Positions 45,383 to 55,982 of a stretch of 64,000 nt of DNA are shown piece by piece (within the stretch, counting starts at the first letter, position 1; each line of letters opens with the position of its first letter). The translations under genes were made by a program, and so were the position numbers. Origin of the DNA: Patescibacteria group bacterium (lineage in GTDB: Bacteria > Patescibacteriota > Minisyncoccia > 2-02-FULL-40-12 > GWA2-44-9); the NCBI GenBank assembly GCA_038064455.1, contig JBBTTB010000005.1, positions 21,983-85,982 of the forward strand, read 5' to 3'. The notes beneath the pieces are model-generated. The model did no database searches and was not told where the DNA came from. It saw only the letters and a list, made by a program, of their open reading frames with translations.

Positions 45383-46663
45383 GTGAGGTTCTATGAAACG
45401 CGCGGCGGGTTCTCTAGTTCGTATTTTATCTTGGAACAAAACACATCACTTCCGGTAGCTGGATTTTCTGGATTAAGCATTGCCCCTCTGTTTTTAGAGG
45501 CGCTTACACGTATCAATTACAGCGTGCCGACGCCCATTCAGCAGCAGGTTATTCCTATTGCTGTTGAAGGCAAGGATATCGTCGGTATCGCACAAACGGG
45601 AACAGGAAAAACGCTCGCTTTCTGTTTGCCAATGCTTCAGCGTCTTTCAAACATGGATGCGCAGGGGTTGGTGCTCGTGCCAACGCGCGAGCTCGCCTCA
45701 CAGGTTGAAGAATCTATCCAGCAATTAAGCGCTGGTATGGGCGTACGCACTGCGGTGCTCATTGGTGGCGCGCCTATGTATCCGCAGGTACGCGCATTGC
45801 GTAATCACCCACACGTCATTGTGGCGACTCCCGGACGTTTTATGGATCACCTCAAGCAGAAGAATTTTAATCTCACGCGCGTACGCGTTGTGGTGCTCGA
45901 TGAGGCTGATCGCATGCTTGATATGGGGTTTGCACATCAGATCACGACCATTTTGAAAATGATCTCGACAGAGCGACAAACTATGTTGTTTTCAGCAACG
46001 ATGCCAGCAGAGATCATGAAACTCGCCACGGGACACATGCAGCTCCCTATTCGTATTGAAATTGCACCAGCGGGTACGACGGCTTCTCGCGTGACGCAAG
46101 AAATCTTTATCGTTCAGCGTGACGCAAAGATCCCTATGGTGGAAAAGCTTCTTGCGAAATATTCAGGAACGACGCTTATTTTCTCAAAGACAAAGCACGG
46201 CGCACGCAAGCTGACCGACATGATCCGTGGCATGGGGCACACCGTTGCAGAGCTCCACGCAAATCGCTCGTTAGTGCAACGCCGTGAAGCGTTGGCTGGG
46301 TTTAAATCTGGAGCATATCGTGTGCTCGTTGCTACTGACATTGCGTCTCGTGGTATTGATGTGACGGGGATCGAGCTGGTCATCAACTTTGATTTGCCTA
46401 TGAATCCTGAAGATTATGTACATCGCATTGGCCGCACTGCTCGCGCAGGTGCCGGCGGACATGCTATTTCTCTTGCGACGCCCGACCAACGCATCACATT
46501 GCGCAATATTGAGCGTATTATTCGCATGGAAATTCCTACATCGGAAGGTCCTGGAATGCCCCAAATGGATCGCCAAAGTAGCCAGGGTTCGCGTCCATTC
46601 GCAGGCCGTCGTCGCACGTTTGGCGCACGCCGCGGATTCCGCCCTCGTCGTCGTTCCTTCTAG
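45383..46663 (+). CDS. DEAD-box ATP-dependent RNA helicase
   Basis: Q motif, AQTGTGKT, DEAD, SAT, HRIGRTARAG and a basic RG-rich C-terminus. The exact start is uncertain; the listed start is a GTG. Confidence 0.8.
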   Translation: MRFYETRGGFSSSYFILEQNTSLPVAGFSGLSIAPLFLEALTRINYSVPTPIQQQVIPIAVEGKDIVGIAQTGTGKTLAFCLPMLQRLSNMDAQGLVLVPTRELASQVEESIQQLSAGMGVRTAVLIGGAPMYPQVRALRNHPHVIVATPGRFMDHLKQKNFNLTRVRVVVLDEADRMLDMGFAHQITTILKMISTERQTMLFSATMPAEIMKLATGHMQLPIRIEIAPAGTTASRVTQEIFIVQRDAKIPMVEKLLAKYSGTTLIFSKTKHGARKLTDMIRGMGHTVAELHANRSLVQRREALAGFKSGAYRVLVATDIASRGIDVTGIELVINFDLPMNPEDYVHRIGRTARAGAGGHAISLATPDQRITLRNIERIIRMEIPTSEGPGMPQMDRQSSQGSRPFAGRRRTFGARRGFRPRRRSF

Positions 46664-46684
46664 TTCGTAGCATATACTACCTGT

Positions 46685-47665
46685 TTGTGGCATACTCTTT
46701 GTATGTTAGTTGATGATGTTACTATTTCAGTAAAAGCAGGAGATGGCGGCACAGGAGCCGTCGCTTTTGATAAGAATAAAATGAGCCTTGGTCCTTCGGG
46801 AGCCAGCGGCGGCAATGGCGCAGATGTGTATATGGAAGGCGTAGCTGACATTGGCGCGCTCACCCAATTTCGCAATGTAAAAGAGATTAAGGCGACAGAC
46901 GGAGAGGGCGGCAACCCTCAATTTCGTGATGGGCGTGATGGCGAGCCGGTAGTACTCAAAATTCCTGTTGGGACCGTTATCCATAATCTTGATACGGGAG
47001 AGGATCAGGAAATTATTAGCACGAGTGATCGCGTACTTGTGGCGCGTGGCGGAAAGGGTGGAAAGGGCAACTTCCATTTTCGATCTTCAATCAATACGAG
47101 CCCGAAAGAATTCCAAGAAGGTACGCCTGGTGAATTTTTTCATATTCGACTCGAGTTGAAGCTCATTGCTGATGTTGGTTTTGTCGGGCTTCCGAATGCT
47201 GGAAAATCGAGTCTTCTAAACGAACTTACCAATGCAAAGAGTCGTGTCGCGAACTACCCTTTTACGACACTAGAACCAAACCTTGGCTCGTATTACGGAC
47301 TTATCCTCGCCGACATTCCGGGGCTCATTGAAGGCGCCTCGCATGGGAAGGGCCTCGGTATTCGCTTCCTGCAGCACGTGGAACGCACGAAAACACTTTT
47401 TCATTTAATTTCGGCAGAATCATCCGACCCCGTTGCTGATTATAAAACAGTGCGTGGTGAGCTTTCAGCATATCGTGAGACGCTTGGCGCAAAACCAGAA
47501 CGCGTATTTTTGAGTAAGAGTGATATGGTGACGGCAGAAGTGTTTGCAGAGCATGTTGCCGCTCTTAAGAATATAGGCGTTGAGGCAACGCCGCTTTCTA
47601 TCCACGATTCCGAAAGCCTTGCCCGCGTTGAGGTCATCTTGCGTGAAATTCAAAAAACGAAGTAG
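46685..47665 (+). CDS. obg: GTPase Obg
   Basis: Glycine-rich Obg fold (GGDGGTG, GGKGGKGN) and G-domain GLPNAGKSSLL. Confidence 0.85.
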   Translation: MWHTLCMLVDDVTISVKAGDGGTGAVAFDKNKMSLGPSGASGGNGADVYMEGVADIGALTQFRNVKEIKATDGEGGNPQFRDGRDGEPVVLKIPVGTVIHNLDTGEDQEIISTSDRVLVARGGKGGKGNFHFRSSINTSPKEFQEGTPGEFFHIRLELKLIADVGFVGLPNAGKSSLLNELTNAKSRVANYPFTTLEPNLGSYYGLILADIPGLIEGASHGKGLGIRFLQHVERTKTLFHLISAESSDPVADYKTVRGELSAYRETLGAKPERVFLSKSDMVTAEVFAEHVAALKNIGVEATPLSIHDSESLARVEVILREIQKTK

Positions 47666-47678
47666 TGGCTTGTATGCT

Positions 47679-48953
47679 ATGGAGTCATTCACATTATCAA
47701 ATGGCCTGCGTGTAGTATATGTACCAATGGACCGTCGTTCAGTGCTTGTGACGCTCAAGGGTAATGTAGGGCGTCGTGCGGAACATGAAACAGAGGTAGG
47801 GGCTGCACATTTTTTAGAGCATCTGTTATTCGATGGCACCGAGCGTATGTCGACATCACAAGAGCTTGCACGATTTACGCAGGCGCACGGCATTCGTCGT
47901 AATGGAGTCACGAGCGCCGAGCATGTAGAATATTGGGCCAGTGGTGCGCGAAGTCAGGTTGAATATATTTTTAGCTATCTAGGAGATATTACGCAACATT
48001 CTCTATTGCGTCAGGAAGATATTGTTAAGGAGCGAAAGGTGATTGCTCAAGAAGCCGCCTTACGGAAGACCGATCCGGCGAGTGCGCTCTCGCGCATGGT
48101 GTTGAGGGATGTAATCGCAAATAATCATCCGCTGGGCAGAACTATTTTTCAAGACGAAGAGTTCCTTGCATCCATGACGAGTGATGTTCTACGTGGATAT
48201 ATGCAACGCGTATACGGTGCAGAAAACTTTGTACTCGGCATCGGTGGTGGCATCAGCGAATCGGATGCGCGGCGTTTTGCTGAACAATCCTTTAACTCCT
48301 TCCCCACGCTTGGTGCGGCGACACCTCCTAGTCCCGCCCGTTTACGAGAAGGCTCGTATACTCGGTGGTATGAACGTGATATAGAACAGGCACAAGTAGA
48401 AATGGTGCTCCCAGGCATTGGCAGGGTGCATCCGGATGCGCTTACCTATGTTACGCGCGCAATGGTTTTCGGGAGGATTTTTGCTCAAGGGAGCGCCTCA
48501 CATCTATACCAGCGTGTCCGCGAGCAGGAACACTTGGTGTACCATATTGGCGGAGACTCTGATATGTTCAGCGATATCGGATTATGGTCGATCTCCTTTG
48601 CGGCAACCTCTGAAAACATACCAAAAGTCTTTTCCGCCATATGTGATGAGGCGACTCATTTTTTACAGAGAGGAGTTTCGCGTGAGGAGCTAGAGAGTGC
48701 AAAAGTGCCACTGTTAACAGGATTAGAAATGAGCCTAGACTCTTATGATTCTATCCTCGATGCGCACATGAACGCTCTGCTTACGAACGTTGAGTTTTGG
48801 TCTGTAGATATGTTGATGGAACACATTCGCAATGTAACCCCTGAAGACATCATGTTCTTTGCGCGCGAGTTATTTGCTATGCCATGTAAGACGTATATTC
48901 TTGGTCGCAAGGAAGCGCACGTGCCAGGTCCAGACAGATTGGTTAATGCGTAG
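47679..48953 (+). CDS. M16-family zinc peptidase (insulinase-like)
   Basis: Inverted zinc motif HFLEH...E. About 425 aa. Start trimmed to the ATG at 47679, after the obg stop. Confidence 0.7.
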   Translation: MESFTLSNGLRVVYVPMDRRSVLVTLKGNVGRRAEHETEVGAAHFLEHLLFDGTERMSTSQELARFTQAHGIRRNGVTSAEHVEYWASGARSQVEYIFSYLGDITQHSLLRQEDIVKERKVIAQEAALRKTDPASALSRMVLRDVIANNHPLGRTIFQDEEFLASMTSDVLRGYMQRVYGAENFVLGIGGGISESDARRFAEQSFNSFPTLGAATPPSPARLREGSYTRWYERDIEQAQVEMVLPGIGRVHPDALTYVTRAMVFGRIFAQGSASHLYQRVREQEHLVYHIGGDSDMFSDIGLWSISFAATSENIPKVFSAICDEATHFLQRGVSREELESAKVPLLTGLEMSLDSYDSILDAHMNALLTNVEFWSVDMLMEHIRNVTPEDIMFFARELFAMPCKTYILGRKEAHVPGPDRLVNA

Positions 48954-49092
48954 CTCTTCCGATCCGCGTCATAATGCGATAGAATATACTTATCTATGTC
49001 TGCACGTGGTTCTCTGATTGGGGCAACGCCCCTTATAAGCGCCGGATCTCTTGTTGGTGTCGCGATGATGTTTTTCATGAGCGTCTCATAGT

Positions 49093-49581
49093 ATGACCGC
49101 ACACACACTAAAGGGATTCGTGCGCGCACACGGATATCCTCTGCTTTTTGCAGTGGCGCTATTTACCGTGGGCTGGCTCATCCTCAAGGGTCAAACCATC
49201 ACCTTTCCTGGAGTGCAGGTGGGGAAGAATGCACTTCTTGTTGTCGATCAGCGCCCGGGGCTTGCGGTTCGTGTTGAGCTTGCGGCGTTTGATCGTCCAG
49301 GGTTCGTGGTTATTCAATATGCAATTGTTCGTCCAGGCGCGCGCTCTTATGCGGGAGCTACGGCGCTCCTTGCAGTTGGAGAGCATCAGGGCTTAGAGAT
49401 CGTGCTTTCTGGGCCAAGTAAAAACGGAGAAGGGTATGTCGCGGTACTCTATGCCGATGATGGGGATGGTCGCTTTGACCCACTCCTTGATAAGCCGATT
49501 GCTGACGTCTGGAAAAATCCTATTGCAGCACTCTTTCACACGCTCGATTCCGCAAAGGATTCTTGGGATATACGATTTTAA
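49093..49581 (+). CDS. membrane-anchored hypothetical protein
   Basis: 162 aa with an N-terminal TM. Confidence 0.4.
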   Translation: MTAHTLKGFVRAHGYPLLFAVALFTVGWLILKGQTITFPGVQVGKNALLVVDQRPGLAVRVELAAFDRPGFVVIQYAIVRPGARSYAGATALLAVGEHQGLEIVLSGPSKNGEGYVAVLYADDGDGRFDPLLDKPIADVWKNPIAALFHTLDSAKDSWDIRF

Positions 49582-49652
49582 CGAGCGGACTTCTCGAATG
49601 CCGTGTGCATAAGCGTTCTTGCGCTCGAGAAGTGACGTTATATACTAGGTGT

Positions 49653-50411
49653 ATGAAACGACATTCAATCGTGTTTGTTGCAGTTACGCTTGCTTTGGGC
49701 CTCATGGGTGCGCCTATTGCATATGCAGAAAGCGAAGATAATTCCGTGTCTCCTTCTCCAAAGAGTGAGATTCGAGAGAAAGAGCGCGAAGCACTAAAAA
49801 AGAAGCAGGAGGTTGAAAAAACAAAGCGCGCAGAAGAGCGCGAAGCGTTGAAGCAGAAGGAAGAGAAGGCGCGCGAGGCAATGAAAGATAAGCGAGAGCA
49901 AGAGCGCGAAGCGTTCAAGAAAAAGCTTGCGGGGCTGAAAGATGAAAAGAAGAAGCAGATCGTAGAGCGCATTGATGGTCAAATTGACGCGCTCAATGCT
50001 CGTATCACAAAAAACTTTGTGAGCGTTCTTGAAAAAATAGAAGTCTCCCTTTCCCGCATTGAGGCTCGCGTTGCCGACCTCAAGAGTGCGGGTAAAGATG
50101 TCACGAAGGCAGAGGTCGCTATTGTTACTGCGAAGGAAGCGATAGCCACAGCTCGCGCACGCGTTGAGGTTCAAGCTGGCGAAGCGTATGTGATCACTAT
50201 TACCACGGAAGATAAACTTGGCTCTGCAGTAAGTACAGTCCGTAAGTCGCTCTATGAAGATCTCAAGGAGGCACAGGAGTCTGTGCGTGAAGCGCACAGT
50301 GCTGTTAAAGAGCTCTCCGAAGTGGTAAAAGAGGTTATCCGTGGGCGTGAAGATGATGACGAAGTTTCCCCGTCTCCACTCCCAAGCACATCTCCTGCGG
50401 TAACCCAATAA
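49653..50411 (+). CDS. secreted coiled-coil protein (KEKE-repeat), hypothetical
   Basis: Signal peptide, then REALKKK/REAFKKK-type repeats and a Pro/Ser tail. Confidence 0.45.
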   Translation: MKRHSIVFVAVTLALGLMGAPIAYAESEDNSVSPSPKSEIREKEREALKKKQEVEKTKRAEEREALKQKEEKAREAMKDKREQEREAFKKKLAGLKDEKKKQIVERIDGQIDALNARITKNFVSVLEKIEVSLSRIEARVADLKSAGKDVTKAEVAIVTAKEAIATARARVEVQAGEAYVITITTEDKLGSAVSTVRKSLYEDLKEAQESVREAHSAVKELSEVVKEVIRGREDDDEVSPSPLPSTSPAVTQ

Positions 50412-50417
50412 AAACTG

Positions 50418-50657
50418 ATGAATGATTCTCATGGTTCATTCAGTTGGCTGTGGGCGATTGTGCTTATTGCGCTTGCGAGTGTTATAGGATGGGTGCTCAT
50501 GCAACAGGGCACTCCAGAAGACGTTGATTATAAAAAGATGCCAGCGCCCTCGGCTAAAGTATCCGCATCACCCGATGCGCTCGAGATAAATGAGATTGAA
50601 GACGTAGACCTTGATAAGGAGCTACAAGAAATCGATAACGCGGCTCAAGGGCTCTAA
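50418..50657 (+). CDS. small membrane protein, acidic tail
   Basis: 79 aa with one TM. Confidence 0.35.
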   Translation: MNDSHGSFSWLWAIVLIALASVIGWVLMQQGTPEDVDYKKMPAPSAKVSASPDALEINEIEDVDLDKELQEIDNAAQGL

Positions 50658-50737
50658 GAGAGTAACACTATCAAAAGACCGACATATGTCGGTTTTTTGA
50701 TACTTTCACAGGGATGTAAAGTGTGAGAATATGTGGC

Positions 50738-51124
50738 ATGACCTCACGTGATCCATATAAAGAGAAGCTTTCGCAAGATCAATATCGCATACTGCGCGAA
50801 GGAGCTACGGAAGCGCCATTTTCAGGAGCATATGTTGCTACGAAAGAGGCAGGTATGTATATGTGTGCGGCATGTGGCCAAGAGCTCTTCTCCTCCGATA
50901 CAAAATTCGATTCAGGCACTGGATGGCCTAGTTTTACCGATCCCGTGAATCGCGAGCATGTTATTCTCCAATCTGATATGTCGCACGGCATGGTGCGCGT
51001 TGAGGTGCGATGTAAGAAATGCGACTCTCATTTAGGGCACGTATTTGACGATGGTCCACAGGAAGCTGGAGGAAAGCGTTTTTGTATTAATTCAGCGTGT
51101 CTTCAATTCAAGCCAAAAAACTAA
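50738..51124 (+). CDS. msrB: peptide-methionine (R)-S-oxide reductase
   Basis: SelR motifs CAACGQELF...GWPSF...RCKKCDSHLGHVFDDGP. Confidence 0.85.
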   Translation: MTSRDPYKEKLSQDQYRILREGATEAPFSGAYVATKEAGMYMCAACGQELFSSDTKFDSGTGWPSFTDPVNREHVILQSDMSHGMVRVEVRCKKCDSHLGHVFDDGPQEAGGKRFCINSACLQFKPKN

Positions 51125-51759
51125 CACGGGCACTTCGAGCATTGCTCACATCCGAGGAGCGTGCACTCATGGGCTCTTTGCGTACGCCAGAGCGCGTACA
51201 GGATTTTCTTTCTGCGTTACCTGCAAATCATGAGCCTGAAGGGGATTCATGCCTTTCGCCGCATCTCGTTATGCAGAATCGCACAGCTCATTGTTTTGAA
51301 GGAGCTCTTTTTGCCGCAGCAACGCTCTGGTATCATGGACAACGGCCACTGCTCTTAGATCTACAAACAGCGCCTCATGATTTCGATCACGTGGTGGCGT
51401 TATTCCGGCGCGATGGTTTATGGGGCGCAATAAGTAAAACAAACCATGCGGTTTTGAGATGGCGAGACCCGATTTATCGAACAGTTCGCGAGCTCGCGCT
51501 TTCCTATTTCCACGAATATTTCCTTGATTCGGGAGAGAAGACGCTCCGCGCTTATTCACGGCCATTTTCGTTAGAGCGGTTCGGCGCGGAGTGGGTGGTT
51601 TCGGATGAGCCACTTTGGTATATTGGAGATGCCCTAGATGCCTCGCCACATAGTTCTATAGCACCGCTGCGCATTTTACGACGAGCGCGCCCCGCTGAAG
51701 CATTTGAGCGATTAGTAACCGCACACGAAGAACACACACGAATACGTACGGAAAAATAA
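51097..51759 (+). CDS. hypothetical protein, possible transglutaminase/papain-like fold (Cys...His...Asp)
   Basis: TAHCFEGALFAAATLW...HDFDHVVALF...GLWG spacing is reminiscent of a transglutaminase-like core. The alternative start at 51169 avoids overlap with msrB. Confidence 0.35.
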   Translation: MSSIQAKKLTRALRALLTSEERALMGSLRTPERVQDFLSALPANHEPEGDSCLSPHLVMQNRTAHCFEGALFAAATLWYHGQRPLLLDLQTAPHDFDHVVALFRRDGLWGAISKTNHAVLRWRDPIYRTVRELALSYFHEYFLDSGEKTLRAYSRPFSLERFGAEWVVSDEPLWYIGDALDASPHSSIAPLRILRRARPAEAFERLVTAHEEHTRIRTEK

Positions 51760-51760
51760 C

Positions 51761-52885
51761 ATGACCGAACATCATCACGATGCACACGACCACAAACCAC
51801 ATGGCCTCCTCGCAGTGGGTGTTTTTTGCCTTTCCATCGGCATGCTCTGGTATGCTGGGTTTTTCTCTTCTGATCGGACAATTGATTTAAAAGACGAGAG
51901 TATTTTCTCTGGTGTGGTGACCGAGGTACTCGAAGAGCGCACGGTCCCAAGCATTGTACCTGGTCGAACGATTCGTGAGCAGAAACTTTCAGTGGATACG
52001 ACGCTTCCTGATGGTGTGCGTGTTGTCGTGGTGATAAATGATTTTGTGCCTCTTGCCGCCGGTGATCGCGTGTATGTACAGCAAACGGGAGGAAGTGAGA
52101 GTGAGCAGTTTTTTATTGTTGATGTGCAGCGTGGCCGTGGTCTCCTCGCGCTTGTAGCGCTCTTTGTGGGCACTGTGATTACTATGGCAGGGAAGAAGGG
52201 GCTTTATGCGCTTTCTGGTCTTATCTTCAGTTTTGCGCTTATTGTCACATGGATTGTGCCGCGCATTCTCGCAGGTAATGATCCGGTGCTCATCGGCCTT
52301 ATTGGGTCTATGCTTATTCTGACCGTCACGCTTGCGGTTTCATATGGAGTAAACCGAAAATCTATCTCGGCACTTTTAGGAATTTTGATCGCTCTCTTAG
52401 TTGTTGGTGCCTTATCAAGCGTTACCGTGAGCGCTCTCCACTTCCCCGGGTTTTCAGCTGAAGAGGCTATTTACCTTAATATGGAATCAGAGCACGCCGT
52501 GAACCTTGTGGCGCTGGTAGTGGCGGGTATTATTATTGCTGCAATCGGGGTCCTTGATGATATCGCAATCACACAAGCGGCTACTGTATTTAGTCTCGCA
52601 CACACAGATCCACGCTTGACGCGCATGCAACTTTTTTCACGGGCTATGGATGTTGGGCGCGATCACATTTCTGCAGTGATAAATACACTCATGCTTGCAT
52701 ACGCTGGCGCGTCTCTCCCCTTAGTGTTGTTAGTGAGCGTTCGTAAGTTCCCACTCTTTTTTGTGATAAATGGAGAAATCGTCGCCGAAGAAATTGTGCG
52801 CACTCTGATTTCCTCTACGGGATTAGTATTAGCCGTTCCTGCAACGACACTTATCGCAGCATATATGGCAAAACGAGATGCGTAA
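51761..52885 (+). CDS. polytopic membrane protein, YibE/F-like
   Basis: His-rich N-terminus, one TM, an extracytoplasmic segment, then 6-7 TM helices. Confidence 0.4.
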   Translation: MTEHHHDAHDHKPHGLLAVGVFCLSIGMLWYAGFFSSDRTIDLKDESIFSGVVTEVLEERTVPSIVPGRTIREQKLSVDTTLPDGVRVVVVINDFVPLAAGDRVYVQQTGGSESEQFFIVDVQRGRGLLALVALFVGTVITMAGKKGLYALSGLIFSFALIVTWIVPRILAGNDPVLIGLIGSMLILTVTLAVSYGVNRKSISALLGILIALLVVGALSSVTVSALHFPGFSAEEAIYLNMESEHAVNLVALVVAGIIIAAIGVLDDIAITQAATVFSLAHTDPRLTRMQLFSRAMDVGRDHISAVINTLMLAYAGASLPLVLLVSVRKFPLFFVINGEIVAEEIVRTLISSTGLVLAVPATTLIAAYMAKRDA

Positions 52886-53648
52886 TATTATTATCTCACT
52901 TTTCTTTGGGATAGGAGCCCTCATCGTTGTAGGAGCATACATGGTGGGCGCTTTTCCAGATGCGAAGGAGGGTATGCCAACTACTTCTCCGCTACTCATG
53001 CCGCTTACATCCAAGGTAGTACCGACGCCAACTCCACTGCCATCCCCATCTATTCTTCCAGAACGCGTCGTGCACAGCGTTTCTTTCGTCGCCCAAGCAC
53101 CGTTTGGTGATTGGGCAGATCCGCGCCAACAAGGGGCGTGTGAGGAATCTACGATGCTCATGGCGGTGCGATGGGCTCGGGGCGAGACTATCAATCCGGC
53201 CACGGTTTTAGAAGATATTTTCGCGCTTTCTGATTTTGGTAAGAATCGCTTTGGCACAATCCGTGATACGTCGGCTCAAGATACTGCCTTGTTCGCGACA
53301 GAATTTTTAAATCACCCAAATGTATCCGTGGAAAACGACCCCACAATAGATGATATTCGCAGAGCGCTTGCGAGTGGAGCCGTCGTTGCAGTACCTACGA
53401 ATGGGCAGGTTATCGGGAACCCATACTACACGCCGCCTGGCTCCGCGTATCACATGGTGCTTATCATTGGGTATGATAATGCGCACGGCGTTTTTATTAC
53501 GAATGACCCCGGGACGCGCCACGGCGCTTCTTTCGAGTATCCTTACGCTACGTTGTATAATGGCATTCGTGATTATCCAACGGGTGACCATGAGCCGGTG
53601 CCGCGTATCATAAAAACAATGATTGTCGTGCGCCAAGCTATGCGTTGA
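52878..53648 (+). CDS. peptidase C39-like (papain-fold) domain protein, membrane anchored
   Basis: QAPFGDWADPRQQGACEESTMLMAV (Cys motif), a later YHMVLIIGYD (His) and an N-terminal TM. Confidence 0.45.
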   Translation: MRNIIISLFFGIGALIVVGAYMVGAFPDAKEGMPTTSPLLMPLTSKVVPTPTPLPSPSILPERVVHSVSFVAQAPFGDWADPRQQGACEESTMLMAVRWARGETINPATVLEDIFALSDFGKNRFGTIRDTSAQDTALFATEFLNHPNVSVENDPTIDDIRRALASGAVVAVPTNGQVIGNPYYTPPGSAYHMVLIIGYDNAHGVFITNDPGTRHGASFEYPYATLYNGIRDYPTGDHEPVPRIIKTMIVVRQAMR

Positions 53649-53679
53649 TTTCACGGAAGGACAGGGTATACTCACTGAT

Positions 53680-54336
53680 ATGCAATTTCCTTTTACACAA
53701 CGGGGGAGCGGCGCCCTTTGGATTATATTGATTATGGTGGCGAGCATAGCCGCGCTCGTCCTTCTTACGTACCGGCCTTCTCAAAATGGCTCTGGTACGC
53801 TCTCAAGTGCCCCAGTAGAAGGGGAGGATCGTATTCAGGGGTCTCTGGCCGCTTCCGCGGTACTTGTTGAGTATAGCGATTTCCAGTGCCCTGCATGTGC
53901 GCAATTTGAACCACTTTTGCAGGAAGCGAAGGATGCATTTGGTGATAAGCTGACGCTCGTATATCGTCATTTCCCGCTACGCACGATCCACGCAAATGCA
54001 AATCTAGCAGCACAAGCGGCGGAAGCCGCTGGCGCGCAGGGTAAGTTTTGGGAGATGCACGGAATTTTATTTACGCAACAACAGACGTGGTCTACTGCTT
54101 CAAATGCGCGCGATCTCATGATTGGGTATGCGCGTCAGTTTGGTCTCAATGCGGAACAATTCGTTCGCGATATGGACGCGAACGCTACCCAGGCGCGCAT
54201 TGATCGCGATCTTGCGTCGGGCGCTGCATCAGGAGTAACAGGCACTCCCTCCTTCTTCTTAAACGGCGCGAAACTCACTCCATCTTCGAGCGAAGGATTT
54301 CTCAACAGCATCCGTGCAGTTATTGAACAGCAATAA
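53680..54336 (+). CDS. DsbA-like thiol:disulfide oxidoreductase (thioredoxin fold), membrane anchored
   Basis: TM followed by YSDFQCPACAQF (CPAC active site) and a KFWEMHGILF helical insert. Confidence 0.7.
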   Translation: MQFPFTQRGSGALWIILIMVASIAALVLLTYRPSQNGSGTLSSAPVEGEDRIQGSLAASAVLVEYSDFQCPACAQFEPLLQEAKDAFGDKLTLVYRHFPLRTIHANANLAAQAAEAAGAQGKFWEMHGILFTQQQTWSTASNARDLMIGYARQFGLNAEQFVRDMDANATQARIDRDLASGAASGVTGTPSFFLNGAKLTPSSSEGFLNSIRAVIEQQ

Positions 54337-54341
54337 CCTCT

Positions 54342-55193
54342 ATGGAAAAGCTCACGAGCATTCCGAATATTGCAAAGCCGATTCAAGAATTTTCGGATTT
54401 CTCTTTTGTGAGTTGGGAGCGTGATATGCACCCACAGTTTAAGGCTGGGGTGAGCGACGCAGAAACATCATTTTTTGCGACATTTATTCGGGACCACAAG
54501 GTGCAATCGTTGATCGACTTTGGCGTAGGGAGCGGCGCGACACTCTCGGCACTTATCACAAGGCTTGCCGAAAGTGGTTATTCATTAGAACGAGTTGCTG
54601 GAAATGATGTGCAAGATTCTTTCTTGAGTCGTGCGCGTGAGCTTTTCGAAGAGCGAGGGCAAAAGGTTGAACTTCATCAGGCAAATTGGCTTGATTTTCC
54701 AGAGGGCATCCCACCTTATGCGCCAGAGTCTTTCGAGTTTGGCATCCTTACAGGCACATCGCTTTCTTATGTAGGCGGAGGGACGCTCTCGCATACACGT
54801 GCGCTTCAGAAGAGTGTTGTCCGTCGGCTCGCATCGCTGATTAAGCCCGGAGGACATATCTTTATCGATTTGCGGAACTACAGCCACCTCGCATTACTCA
54901 TGCACGAGCCGCAACGCGCAGGCGAGGTCACGTTAGATCCATCAACGTACTACCACGGGTTCCAGAGTCACGTGGTGACCTTTCCCGCCTATGTAAGCGA
55001 TAGCCTTGTAGTGATGCACTTTTACGATACAGAGAAAAAGATTTGGAGTAAGCTCGACATCTTCCCGCTGTTTCCAGAAGAAATGGCATCATTATTGAGT
55101 GAATATTTCACCATTGAACATACCTTCTACGATTTCGAGCCAGAGCATAAAACGAAAAGCCTCTTTACGCAGTACGTCGCAAAAAAGAAATAA
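54342..55193 (+). CDS. class I SAM-dependent methyltransferase
   Basis: Motif I LIDFGVGSGATLSAL and motif post-I. Confidence 0.65.
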   Translation: MEKLTSIPNIAKPIQEFSDFSFVSWERDMHPQFKAGVSDAETSFFATFIRDHKVQSLIDFGVGSGATLSALITRLAESGYSLERVAGNDVQDSFLSRARELFEERGQKVELHQANWLDFPEGIPPYAPESFEFGILTGTSLSYVGGGTLSHTRALQKSVVRRLASLIKPGGHIFIDLRNYSHLALLMHEPQRAGEVTLDPSTYYHGFQSHVVTFPAYVSDSLVVMHFYDTEKKIWSKLDIFPLFPEEMASLLSEYFTIEHTFYDFEPEHKTKSLFTQYVAKKK

Positions 55194-55204
55194 CCATATT
55201 TATC

Positions 55205-55960
55205 ATGAACCATACTGACCCACAATCGCACGAAGTACATTCTGATAGCGCGCCACATGCTCCAGCTCCATTTTTCCATGACGCTGTTGAAAAGCGCCCA
55301 CCACTTGATATAAATAAGCTGATTCTTGCGGGGGCAATCGTGTTTGCTGGTGTGCTGGTGGCTGGCGCGGTAGTGTGGACAGATATGCGAAAAGCTTCTG
55401 ATGGCGCTCAACCCGTTGTGAAAGTATCTGCCGACGACGATGCGGTATTGGGTGACAAAAAAGCGCCAGTCACCATTATTGAATTTAGCGACTACCAATG
55501 TCCATACTGTCGCGCATTCTGGCGCGAAACCTACCCTCGTCTTAAGAAGGATTTTATCGAAACAGGTAAGGTGCGCTTAGTGTTCCGCGATTTCCCACTT
55601 TCAAACCATCCCGGGGCGATTCCCGCAGCTCATGCCACTGAATGTGCCGAGGAGCAGGGTAAGTTTTGGGAGATGCACGACATGATTTTTGCCGAGCAGG
55701 ATACAAAGGGAGTAAATACGATCTCATTCTCTGTAGATGATCTTAAGCGTTGGGCAGGCAAGGTGGGCCTTAACCAAACCGCGTTTAATACGTGTTTAGA
55801 CAGCGGAAAGTATAATGAAGAGATCGCAAAAGACCTCAAAGATGGAGCGGCCTCCGGTGCTTCAGGAACCCCAAGCTTCTTCATCAATGGCAATCTCATT
55901 GTGGGCGCACAGCCTTACGAAACATTTAAGGCAGCGATTGAACAAATACTCGCGAAATAA
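55205..55960 (+). CDS. DsbA-like thiol:disulfide oxidoreductase, second copy
   Basis: TM followed by FSDYQCPYCRAF (CPYC) and KFWEMHDMIF, a paralog of the 53680 gene. Confidence 0.7.
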   Translation: MNHTDPQSHEVHSDSAPHAPAPFFHDAVEKRPPLDINKLILAGAIVFAGVLVAGAVVWTDMRKASDGAQPVVKVSADDDAVLGDKKAPVTIIEFSDYQCPYCRAFWRETYPRLKKDFIETGKVRLVFRDFPLSNHPGAIPAAHATECAEEQGKFWEMHDMIFAEQDTKGVNTISFSVDDLKRWAGKVGLNQTAFNTCLDSGKYNEEIAKDLKDGAASGASGTPSFFINGNLIVGAQPYETFKAAIEQILAK

Positions 55961-55982
55961 TAATCACCATCCCCGTCGGTTG